Source: Hemiscyllium ocellatum (lineage: Eukaryota). From it: 64,000 nucleotides of DNA. Made by a program: the position numbers and the translations under genes. Under the pieces are notes generated by a model. The model was not told the DNA's origin. It did not search any database and saw nothing but the letters and a program-made list of their open reading frames with translations. Every line of letters starts with the position of its first letter. The stretch's first letter is position 1. Shown here one piece after another: positions 50,945 to 62,884 of this stretch. The stretch covers positions 68,067,857-68,131,856 of the forward strand of contig NC_083407.1 in the NCBI RefSeq assembly GCF_020745735.1, in the 5' to 3' direction.

Positions 50945-52978
50945 AAGTTTGTAGGAAGAGTTTGTTCATGGGCAACGGGACAGTTGGAAAGTGGGAGGTC
51001 TTCAAAATGAGATGAAGAGAGTTCATCTGTTTCAGTTAGTACAAATGGCAAGGGTGGTAGGTGTAGGGATTGCCAAATGATTGGAGAAATTGAGACTATC
51101 ATCAAGAAACAGAAGGAGGTGTATGTCAGGTATAGACAGCTGGAATCAAGTGAATCCCTGAATGTGTATAAGGGCATTTGGAGAATACTTAAGGGGGAAA
51201 TTAGGAGGGCAAATGGAGGCATGAGATAGCCTGGGCAAATAGGGTTAAGGAGAATCCAAAGAGATTCTACAAATGCATTAATGGCAAAAGAGTAATTGGG
51301 GATAGAACAGGTCCCCTTAAAGATCAATGAGGCCGTCTATTTGGGGAACCACAGGAGGTGGATGAGATACTAAACAAATATTTTCCCATTAGTATTTACA
51401 GTGGAGAAGGACATTGAAGCAAGGGAACTTGGGGAAATAAATATTGATGTTTTGAAAAGTGCCCGCATTACAAAAGAAGAGGTGCTGGAGGTCTTAAACT
51501 GCATAAACGTAGATAAATCCCAAGGACCTGATCAGGTGCATCCCAGAATTTGGTGGGAAGCTAGGAAAATGATTGCTAAGCTCCTTGCTGAGATATTTGT
51601 ATCATCGATAGTCATGGGTGAAGTGCTGAAGACTGGAGGTTGGCTAATGTGATGCCATTATTTTAGAAAGGTGGTAAGGAAAAGCCAGGGAATTATAGAC
51701 CAGTGAGCCTGACATCAATGATGGGCAACTTGTTGGAGGAGATTCTGAGGGACAGGATTTATATTCATTTGGAAAGGCAAGGACTGATTAGAAATAGACA
51801 ACATAGCTTGGTGTGTGGAAAGTCATGTCTCACTAATTTGATTGAGTTTTTTGAAGAAGTGACAAAAAAGAACTGATGAAGGCAGAGTGGTGGATGCTGT
51901 CTATGTGGACTTTAGCTAGGCTTCAACAAAATTTCACATGGTAGATTAGTTATCAAAGTTAGACCACATGAAATCCAGAGGGAGCTAGCCATTTGGATAC
52001 AGTATTAAGGTAGGAGACAAAGGTAGAAGGTTGCTTTTTGGACTGAAGACCTGTGACGAATGGTGTGCGCAAGAATCAGTGCCAGATCCACTGTTTTTTG
52101 TTAGTTATATAAATTATTCGGATGTGAATAGAGGAAGTATGATAGTACATTTGTGGATGACACCAAAATTGGTGGTGTAGTACAGAGTAAAGAAGGTTAT
52201 CTTACATTACAATGATAGGGCGTTGGGCCGAGGAATGGCAGATGGAGTTTAATTTAAATAAATGTGAGGTGTTACATATTGGTAAAGCAAACAAGGGCAG
52301 GACTTATACACTTGATGGTAGGACCTGGGCAGTGTTGCAGGTGCAAAGTTTCTTGAAATTGATGTCGCTGATAAACAGTAATAAATAAGGCATTTAGCGC
52401 ACTTACTTTCATTGGTCAGGGCATTGCAAATAGGAGTTGGGGCGTCATGTTGCTTCGGCCATTTTTGAAATATTGCATTTAATTCTGGTTTCCCTGTTAT
52501 GGGAAAGATGTTGTTAAACTTGAAATGGTTCCGAAAAGATTGACAAGGATGTTGCCAAGGTTGGAGGGTTTGAGCTATAGCGAGAGACTGAATAGGCTGG
52601 AGCATTTTTCCTGGAGTGTCAGAGGTTGAGGGGTGATCTTATAGAAATGAAATCATGAGGGTATGGATAGGGTAAATAAACAAGGTATTTTCCCTGGGGT
52701 AGTGGAATCCAAGATAAGAGGGAGTAGATGAGATGGTAAAGATTTAAAAGGGATCCCAGGAGCAACTTTTTCATGCAGAGGATGTTGCGTGTATGGAACG
52801 AGCTGACAGAAGAAATGATGGAGGCCGGTGCAATTACAACATTTAAAATGCACCCAGATGGGTACATGAGTAGGAAAGGTTTAGGGGATATAGGACTAGA
52901 TCAGTTTAGGATAACTGGTCGGCGTAGCGATTGCACTGAAGGGTCTGTTTCTGTGCTGTACATCTGTATGTCTCCATA
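50945..52978 (+). mobile_element. CR1 LINE ORF2 fragment
   Basis: ORF 51401..51652 (VDKSQGPDQVHPRI); NYRPVSLTS at about 51690; FVDDTK at about 52150; CR1 tail. Confidence 0.9.
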
Positions 52979-53239
52979 ATTACAATAGAGAACAATCCAT
53001 ATCTCTACAGACAGGCAGGTAATCATCAGATTAAGGATGAGTTGTCAAATGTCCAAAGCATTTCATTGAAGTTTGAAATATTTGTCCAATGAACTCTGTT
53101 TGACCCAATTGCATAATATCAGCCTGCAAAATGAGACGATGTACACCCATGTATATTTGATTAGGATTAGTTTTGTTGAATTGAAAAAGAAGGGAATGTT
53201 GTCATACATCTCACAGTTAATACATATCAGTACAGATTG

Positions 53240-53826
53240 AAGGATAAAGCAGATGAATGAGTGGTGAGAAAGATGGTGCATGAGAGAGGGCTTTAGATTC
53301 CTGAGACACTGAGACCGACTCTGGGGAAAGTGGCAGTACAAGCTGGATGGGGTTGCACCTGAATAGAGCCGGAGTTGTGTTCCTTTAGGGGAGTTTTGCT
53401 GGTGATATCGGGAGAACTTTAAATTAATTCGGCAAGGTGTAGGAACCAAGAGTGAGTATTAGCTAGGAATACCGAGTTAACAAAATATTTGCAGGCAGAA
53501 ATAGCACTAACATAGAGAACAGTAAGTAAGTAGGTGAAGTTGGACCAAGGAAGAAAGTAACAAAGTCTAAATCAGGATTACTGTGCATGCATGAAATGTA
53601 GTTAATAAGACCGGGGAATTATGATGCTGCTTGCTATCTGGAAATACAGTGTTGTGATGATAGGAAAAATCTGGCTGAAATTTTCCTGGTTGCAAGGTGT
53701 TCAGAAAAGGTGGAAATGGAAGGGAAGGAGAAAGGTGGCAGTTTTAAGTTAAGGAAAATATTGCAGTGCTGGAGAAAGAGAGGGTCTTAGAGGGTTTAAA
53801 GACAGAACCAATTTGACTAGAGCTAT
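53240..53826 (+). mobile_element. CR1 ORF1 esterase C-terminus and ORF2 endonuclease start
   Basis: RWCMREGFRFLRH...YKLDG-LHLNRAG, then a decayed EN N-terminus; cut by the LTR at 53827. Confidence 0.7.
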
Positions 53827-56800
53827 TGTTACAAAGTCAAAAGAGCATATATTCAATTATAGATAGAAAGCGTTTTCTGAATTTTAAAGTACAGCCACAG
53901 CTACCAAAACAGAACAGCTAAGAGACAGGCTGTTCCAAAATAGATAAATGTAACAATTGACTGTTAAATGCAAACCTAAATTTTGGTTGCTGTTTTGACA
54001 ACAATTCAAATTTAACTAATTAATTTTAATTATGTAGGATAACTGAACCCAACTGAGTTTGATTTCATTGTATTGACAACATCGGAACAATGAGAGGGAA
54101 CGATGCTGTGGGGTATAAAACCAGGGCATTTTGAAAACTGGTCAGAGCAACCGCTGCAGAGCTGGAGAGCTAACTGCCCATCTAACAGGAAAAGCTTTCA
54201 ATGAAGTCAGAAGGCACCATTGATCAAAACTACTCTTTCCTATAAAAAAAATCTCACAAAGAAAGAAGACAATGCAGGGAGAAGACAGCAGAATCAGAAG
54301 ACCAGATGGAAGACAGCATACAAAATTGTGTGGACTTGAGATTAAGTTAATATAATGTTTAATAATTGTGTTATTCGAACAGCATATTGATAGAATTGTG
54401 TTCAGTTAAGGGGTAGTGGTTAGTTAGGGAAAGGAGTATTTGGTTCGAAAATAGTTTTGTTTTGTGTTCACTCATCGAGTTAGGAAAATAAATAGTTAAT
54501 TTTCTTTAAATACTGGAAATTAAGAGTTGCCTTTCACTCACACATTTTAATAGATTACGGGGTGAGGTGAGCTTTTTAGAGTTTGGTTTTATTTAACAGA
54601 GGAGTTCGACCTCCATGTTCTAACAGTTTGGGGGTTTGTCATTCAGGATTTGGACAGGTTTGGATAGATTAAATCTGGGATGTGGACAGGGTTGAACAGG
54701 TGTAGCTGGATCTGGATGGATCAGGTTCAGGATCTGGACTGATTTGAACAGATTTGGAATGCAGAAGGTCCCAGCAGATCTAAACACACTGAGCAATTAG
54801 TGTCCTCGTTCTTTAAATAAAATGTAGGTGAGAAAAATCTGTTTAATTTTGGCTACTTGTAGTTGGTTAGATTAGAGTGAGAGAAAAGGCACTTTCAGTT
54901 ACTAAGTGTTTTCTGGGGGTGGAAAAAGTGACTTTGGGAGTTTAACAAAACATGAGCCAGGAAAAGCTGCTGCAATTGGCAGACAAGCTGGAGCTAGAAT
55001 TGCCTGTGTCTCCGAAAAGGGTTGAGGTTATTATTGAAATAGTTCAACATTTACATGTGCTGGAAAGGCCATTAGAACCTTTGGAAATGGCTAAAATTCA
55101 ATTGCAAATAAGACAACTGGAGTTAGAAGATAAAGAGAGGGAAAGAAGAGCCATGTTAGGAGATAAAGATAGGGAAGGAAGGTACTTAGCTGAGCAAAAA
55201 GAAAAAGAGAGAGGAAAGAGATAGGAAGAGAGAGAGTTGGAACTTTTAAGAGAGTGCACAGCCTAGGCAGGGGCTGGATACTGAGTTAGTGCCCGATCTC
55301 TATAAAGACTTCGCCTCTGTGGGTAACGTTTACTCAGGAAGAACAGGGGGAGAAGGGAAAGAAGTTACACTTTTTATAGATACAGGATCTGGTCAATCTC
55401 TAATATTAAGAGATAAAAGTATTTGCACAATTTTTGACATGTTATCTGAGAGGGTAATAATTTGTGGAACAAATGGACAGATATTTAGTGCTCCCCTGTG
55501 TAAGACCAGTTTGGAGAGTCAAATCAAGACTGGGGAAGTCTCTGTGGGAGTGACAGACAGGGTGCCAGTTCCAGGAATAGTTTGTTCTTGGAAACAACCT
55601 GGCATGATCCAAGGTGGGAGTGATGCCCCTTGTGGTGGAAAGCCAAAGGAAAATTCGAGAATTGAGAAGTCGAAAGAAAATACCCTGGAATTTTTCCAGA
55701 CGGTGTAGTAACAAGATCAGACTGTCATAGGTTACAGCAAGAAGGAAAAAATAAAGAGAAAGGTGCAGGATTGAGGTTCAGTTATCTGACACCCCTATTT
55801 GAGAAACCTGAACAGGTGCAGGGTCAGTCCTGAAAGGCTAATGAACTTACAACAAAAAGATGAGGTGATAAAAGAAGTACATAGATGCATACTCAGAAAA
55901 TGTATCAGAATGTATTCCCAAGGGCTATTGCCTTAAAGATAGAATCCTAAGGCAAAAATGGCGACCACAACAGGTTCATGCAGAGGAGAAATGGGTACAC
56001 CAAATTGTGTACTTCAGACAGGAAGTATTACAACAGCACATGAATTACCAATACAAGGTCATCTACGTGTGAGGAAGACTCAAGCTAAAGTACAAAAGCA
56101 CTTCTATTGGCCTGGACTGCAGAAAGTGTTTGAATTTTGCCAAACATGTCATACGTGCCAAATGGTAGGTAAGCCACAGGCAGTGATAAAACCAGCACTT
56201 TTGTTGCCAAATACCACATTCAAAAAACCTTTCACACAGTTTCTGATTGATTTTGTAGGTCCCCATCCTAAAACTGAAAGTGGGAACCAGTATTTGCTAA
56301 CCATAACGGATGTATCTACCAAATTTCTGGAAGTAATTCCATTACGGAGTGTTAGGGCAAAAAGGATGGTGGAGGAGTTGGTAGCTTTCTTTACCCAATA
56401 TGGGCTACTCAGGAAGATTCAGTCAGACCAAGGGTCTGCTAAACTATTTAAGGAAGCCATGGACAGTTTAGACATACAACACTTTAAATCACATGCATAT
56501 CCTCCAGGGAGCCTTGGAAAGGTGGCATCAGGCTCTTAAGAGTATACTGTCAGGATTACATGGATGATTGTGATAAAGATATCCCAGCCATATTGTTTGC
56601 GATTAGAGAGGCCCCAAACAAATCTATTCAAGACAGTTAAACTATCTGGAAAGATGCCAGATAGAAAAACACTGTATCGGGCATGTCATGTCAATATGTA
56701 GAAACCTTACTGTAATAGAGACAGGGAACTGGAGAAACAGGTATTAGTTACTGCCTCACACAGTGAAGAATCAAATCTAGATGTCGTGGAGTTTGATGTA

Positions 56801-58012
56801 CCTCAAAATATGTTAAATAACAAGGAAGACCTTAAAGAATGGAATAGGATAGTGAACAATCTGTCTCAGGAGCAAAGAACCAAGTTGAAATGTTTGTTAC
56901 AGCTGTATGAGGACATATGCAGGAATAGAATGGGGAGGACTAATACTATTGTGCATGATGGGGAAATAGGGAATACTGTTCTGATAAAACAATACCCCTA
57001 CAGACTTAATCATCTCAAAACTGCACAGGTCCAGAAGGAAGTGGATGTGATGTTCAATGCAAACATCATCGAACCAAGTCAGAGTGAGTCGAACTTGCCC
57101 ATAGTGTTGGTTCCCAAACCTGAAGGGACTCAATGATTTTGTGTGGACTATCAGAAGATCAACACCATAACTAAATTGGACTCCTTTCCAATACCAAGAT
57201 TGGAGGACTTTACAGAGAAAGTTGGACATGCCATTACGTCAAGAAGATGGACTTCCTGCATGGTTATAGGCAGGGACATTTATCAGAGAAAGTGAAAGAA
57301 ATTTCTGCGTTTGTAACCTCAAATGGGCTATGTCAATTAAAAATGATGCCTTTTGGAATGAAGAACGCACCAGGTACATTCCAAAGATTAATGAACAGAG
57401 TTGTGGCAGGATTAAAAAGTTGAGCCATTTATTTTGACGATGTAGTGATTTTTAGCCATTCATGGAAAGATCATATGGTACAGTTGGTAGAACTCTTTGA
57501 ACAATAATGAAAGGCAAAACTGGCAATAAAATTGAAGAAAACAGAATTTGCGAAGGCAGAGGTGACATTCTTGGGATGTAACATTGGACATGGAAGGATA
57601 ACCCCAAGGAATATGAAGGCGACAGCCATTGAAGAATTTCCACAACCATCCTCAAAGAAAGAGGTACTTCAATTTTGGGGACTCAGCAGATTTCACTGGA
57701 AGTTTTTTTCCAAATTACAGCAGTGTGGTGGCACCACTAACGAATTTACGACAGAAGAACACAAAGTTTCAGTGGACAGAACAATGCCAGGAGGCAGTTG
57801 AGATTTTAAAAGCAGTATTAACCACAGCACCAGCTTTAGCTGCACCACATTTTTGAAACACTTTTAACTTGCAATCTATACTCGTGATATGGGGATTGGA
57901 GCTGTATTGCTGCAGGAAGATGATAATGGAACTGAATGACCAATTGACTACTTTTCAAAGACATTCAGTATTCACCAGAGAAAATACTCTACTTTCAAAA
58001 AAGAGTTATTGG
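53827..58012 (+). mobile_element. Gmr1-type Ty3/Gypsy element (LTR-gag-PR-IN-RT-RH), truncated by L1
   Basis: LTR 53827-54625 (TGTTA...TAACA); tRNA-Pro-like PBS tgggggtttgtc at 54629; FIDTGS in ORF 55289; IN in ORF 55958 (GHL...CQTCHTC...IDFVGP...SDQG); RT with YFDD at 57430-57441; RNase H start at about 57870. Confidence 0.88.
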
Positions 58013-60544
58013 GTTGGGGGGGGGGGATCCAAGATAGCAGTGATCTTGAAAGATCGCGTTGCAGAGCTCCGCACCACATTGCCAGTGGGACAATGTCCTT
58101 ACCTGCGCTACCTGAACCACTGCAATATTCTAGGACTCTGGAAAGGTCGTGGAGGCCCAGGAACGTGTAAGAGAACAACTTACCTCAATTTTCACTCTCC
58201 ATGGATGCCAAAGAAGGGAGGAGGTACATTCAAGGCCAGGCCCATGACCATTCTGCAGGATCCTTGGACTCGATTTCCTACCAGGTCCTGGTAAAGGAGT
58301 ACGAGATGTTGGCAAAGCAGATAGAGGAGAAGCTGGGCCCGATCTCTATCATGCTGCAGAAGCATGAACAGCAGCTGGGAGACCTCAAGAAAAGGACGGA
58401 TGAGGTAGAGCGCAGAGTCACAATGGTGGAAGCTAATACCGATTCCTCCAAGGATAGGATCCAGGCCCTGGAGATGAAGGTCTGTACTTTGCTTTACCAG
58501 GTTGATGACCTTGAACAGGGGCAGGAAAAAAAATTCAGATTGTCGGTCTGCCGGAGGGTAACAAAGGTGAACAACCAGTGGAATTTATTGAGGACTGGTT
58601 GCCGAAACTCCTTAACTTGGAGGCTGGAATGAGAAGCTTGAAGATTGAGAGGGTGGAGGTCAGGTCTAGACCAATGTCCTTGACTATCTTGGTGCAGGTT
58701 CATTACTAGAGAGATAAGGACAGAATTATGGAAGCTTCCAGAATCCAGGAGAAGGATCTGAAAGCCCGAGTTTACAAGGGCCCTAAGATCATGTTCTTCC
58801 AGTACTTCTCAGCGGCGGTGATCCAGAAAATCTTATGATGGTGTCAAGAAAAGACTTAGGCAACTCGAGTTTCAATACTCTCTGAGATATCCGGCAGTGT
58901 TTCGAATCACCTTAGATGGATCTGTACATCTCTTTGACACGTTGAAGAAGGCAAGAGACTTTGTGGACAAATTAACTTAATCTGAACAATTTAGTATGTA
59001 CAAATAGTACTGTTGTTTGGGTATGTCTCTACTTTTCTTTAAAACAAGAGAAAGTCTGATCGGGGCTTTATTTTCCTTTTTTTTATTGGTAATAACCTGG
59101 TCTAAACTATGCTCAGGGGCGGCTGAGATGTTTACTTTCAATTTCTAAGTTAAATTACACCAAAGGATGGGTGGGTTCGTTACTTTTTTTTTTCAAAATT
59201 TCTTTGTTCACATTGTTAGTCCATGGTGTATTTCCTTTCTTTGCTGCTTGTGTTTTGTGGTGCAGCTTTAGCTGGGAGGAGGGAAAATGGTTGGGATGGC
59301 TAGATGCCTACTTATGGGCAGTTTATGCCCAGTTTATTTAAATGCTCTGGCAGTGGGATGGGAAATTGATTTTGGGATGTGTAGATGCCCCTTTTGGGCA
59401 GGGGGTGAGTTCCCCTATTCCGTGTCATTGGTACTTTATATGTTGGTATTGTTTTTAATCTTTGACAGCTTTGCAGGTTTGTTAACTGTAGTGGTTTTAG
59501 ATTATGTCGTTTTTATGTTTGATGGATTTTGCAGCACTAAGGTTTGGTGATTTGTATTTCAAGTTCCTCCTCTCTGGGATCTAAACTCTACTGTGGAAGG
59601 TCATGGGTAATGATTAAATGGTGTACCTAGAACATCAGGGGAGTCACTCACCAACTAAGAAGAAAAGGTACTCTCGAGTTGAGAAAGAAAAAGGTGGATA
59701 TTGCTCTATTACAGGAGACATACTTGGATGATAGAGAGCATTTGAAACTACAGCAGAATGGCTTTGATTGGGTTTACTTTTCAGCTTTTAATACCAGAAG
59801 TAGGGGAGTGGCTACATTGGCTAGGAGGAATGTCCCATTTAAGTTACTAGAGTGCATTAAAGGCACTCATGGGAGGTTTGTAATCCTCAACGCCTTAATA
59901 AACGGGACAGAATATGGTGTTTTAAGTGTTTACTGCCCTCCGGTCCATTCCCTCAAATTTCTGGTAGTATTATCTCTAAATTGATCATCATAGGGGGAGA
60001 TTTTAATTGTCTTATGGATCCCACAGTAGACAGGTTGCCCAAAGGCCACCTGATACCATCTGTACAAACTAAACAATTAGTGGATCTGTGCGTGGAGTTA
60101 GGGTTAGTGGACGTCTGGAGGCACCTCCACCCTACAGGCAGGGATTTTATGCTTTTTTCGAATCTACACATATGTCACACCAGGATTGATGTTTTTCTGA
60201 CCCCCATGGCAATCCTGGACTTGGTGGCATCTTGTACAATTGGTAACATTACCATCTCCGATCATGCTCCAGTCTACCTGTCGTTTAAGATTAAGGGTGC
60301 TACAGTGGGCCCAAGGCATTGGCAAATGGATCCCTTTAACCTAAAGGATAGTAAGTTTGTGGAGTACTTCTCTAAGAATTTAGGGCATTCCTTGACATTA
60401 ATTCAGACTCGATTATTAGTCTGTCTGTCCTTTGGGAAACTGTCAAAGCCTATGCCTAGGGGTTAGTTACTTCCTACTCTGCCACTAGGAAGCGACAAAA
60501 GGACAAGTAGCAATGTCTCCTTGAAGGCAGCCAAGAAGGTCAAA

Positions 60545-60872
60545 GGGGCAGCATGGTGGCTCAGTGGTTAGCACTGCTGCCTCACAGCATCAAGGACCCG
60601 GGTTTGATTCCAGTCTCAGGCAACTGTCTGCATGGAGTTTGCACATTCTCTCTGTGTCTGCGTAGGTTTCCTCCAAGTGCTCTGGTTTCCTCCCACAAAC
60701 CAAAACTGTGCAGGTTAGGTGAATTGGCCATGCTAAATTGCTCATAGTGTGAAGTACATTAGTCAGGGGTAAATATGGGGAATGGGTCTGGGTGGGTCAC
60801 TCTTCCAAGGGTCGGTGTGGAATCGTTGGGCCAAAGGGCCTGTTTCCATACTGTAGGGAATCTAATCTAATC
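60545..60872 (+). mobile_element. HE1-type SINE inside L1 ORF2
   Basis: ggcagcatggtggctcagtggttagcactgctgcctcacagc...gggtttgattcc; (tctaa)n tail. Confidence 0.9.
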
Positions 60873-62788
60873 AAAACTACAGAGGATTAGGGTGCTGCGG
60901 TCTGCTTTGAATTCCATGCTCACGCAGACAGCGAAGAAGTAGCTTACTTTCGCAAAACAAAAGTTGTATTAGCATGGTGACAAACCGCGTAAGTACCTAG
61001 CATATCTCGCCAGGAAAAAGAGTGCGCCTCAGACCATTACATCAATTAGGGAAGAGACTGGAAACCTAACATGTGATTCCAAAAAGATTAATGCGGCATT
61101 TCAGAGATTTTACTCTGAATAATACCAATCTGAGTGTTGTGAGGAGGGGTGGGCCAAGATGGAGTCCTTTTTCAAGGATCTTCTGGGTGTGACCCCTGAA
61201 CAAGCGTCTTTTCTCAATGCCCCATTATCAGACCAAGAGGTGCAGGAGGCTGTGAAGCATCTTCAGACTGGAAAGGTGCCCGGACCTGATGGAATTTCCA
61301 GCGAATTTTATAAGGAATTTTCAGCATATTGTCAGGCCCAATTCTCAACATGTTCAATGACTTGTACAGTCATGATTGTCTCTTGCGATCGCTAAGAGAG
61401 GCCAATATTTCACTTATTCTTGAAAAAGGGAAGATCCTGGAGAACTGTGCTTCTTACAGACCAATTTCAGTCTTAAATGTTGACTTTAAAATCCTCTCTA
61501 AGACTCTCTGCTGTTGTTAAAGAGGACCAGATGGGCTACATAAATGGCCACAGACCCTCCAATAATTTTAGGAGGCTGCTTAATGTAATTCAAGCAGGTC
61601 AACAACAGTCAGTACAGGGATTGTGATTTCTCTAGATGTAGAGAAGGTATTTGACCGAGTTGAGTGGCCGTACCTTTTTTATACTCTAGAGTGGTTTGGC
61701 TTAGGCAAAGCCTTTATAAGATGGGTAGAAGTTCTGTACAGTTACCCTCTCACTGCGGTCATCACCGATGGGGTACAATCAAGCAACTTTAGTATTTTCA
61801 GGGGCAGCCAACAGGGCTGTCCGCTTTCACCATTGCTTTTTACGTTGGTGATTAAACCACTGATGGAGGCCATTCATAAGGATCCCAATATATTGGCTCC
61901 AGAAGTGGGGTCAAAATTACATAAGATTTCATTGTATATAGACGATGTCCTCATTTCTTCGTCAAATCCAGCAGTTTTGGTGTCTCGCCTGATACAATGC
62001 ATCAGCTCATTTGGCACCTTTCCGGGGTATAAGATTAATTTTGCAAAATCAGAGGCTATGCTGATAGGTGGTCTTACGAAGATGTTAGGTCTTGAGGGTG
62101 AATCTCAATTCCCATTAAGAGGTCACAAGGGCATTTTATGTATTTGGGCGTATTCATCACTCCAATTCTTGATCAATTGTTTAAAGCTAATTTTGTTCAA
62201 TTATTCGACAAACTCAAACAAGACCTTCAAAGATGGAAGGCACTACCAGTCTCATAGTTAGGATGGATAGCTCTTATTAAGATGAATATTCTCCCCCATT
62301 GTTGTACTCTATATGAATGCTTCCCCTGATTTTCACTAAGCAAACATTCAGGGCACTGGCTGGTTCAGCTTTTTTATTTGGCCTTGTAAGCAGCCCCTTT
62401 ATTAAATTAGCTAAACTGGAATTGCCTCACAGACTGGGAGAGTGGATCTCCTGGACATTAGGACTATCAACTAAGCTTGCTTTTATCTTACTTGGGTGAC
62501 TGGGCTTGTGGTGACCCTCTTTCAATATGGTTAGATATCGAAATCTCCCTTACTAGCTTGCTGTTTTTCGACAAAATGAGGACAGTTAAGGAATATTGCC
62601 ATAACCCAATAGTTATCAATACTGTTAAAGCATGGAGGGCAATTCAGCAGAGGGAAGGCAATAATGGCAAAACATCTTTTCTTACACCTATAGTGGGTAT
62701 GCCAGGAGATGGATTCAGGATTCAACCATTGAGCAGCTAGAGATGTGTTTTGCATAGGTGATTTATTTAAGGAAGACACAATGATGTC

Positions 62789-62884
62789 GGCTGAAAATGT
62801 GTTGCTGGTTAAAGCACAGCAGGTCAGGCAGCATCCAAGGAACAGGAAATTCGACGTTTCGGGCCAGAGCCCTTCATCAGGAAT
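62789..62884 (-). mobile_element. 96-bp single-arm mini-PLE inside L1
   Basis: Perfect 10-bp TSD caatgatgtc (62779-62788, 62885-62894); close to the left arm of 34004-34200. Confidence 0.9.
62849..62884 (-). ncRNA. Intact minimal type I hammerhead ribozyme motif
   Basis: Minus strand: AUUC-CUGAUGA-A-GGGC-UCUG-GCCC-GAAAC-GUC-GAAU; stem I AUUC/GAAU, stem II GGGC/GCCC, palindromic ACGU stem III; predicted cut between 62853 and 62852. Confidence 0.85.

Larger units (their letters stand above)
47160..53237 (+). mobile_element. Decayed Ty3/Gypsy LTR retrotransposon (gag-PR-RT-RH-IN), multiply interrupted
   Basis: Knuckle KGHWAH at about 47635; KKDGTVRVC*DPRHLN at about 48955; FIIESDHKP at about 49255; IN WIKVAIDLF...MDHFSKFP at 50038-50120; PPT gaaaaagaagggaa at 53183-53196 followed by TG. 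Confidence 0.7.
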
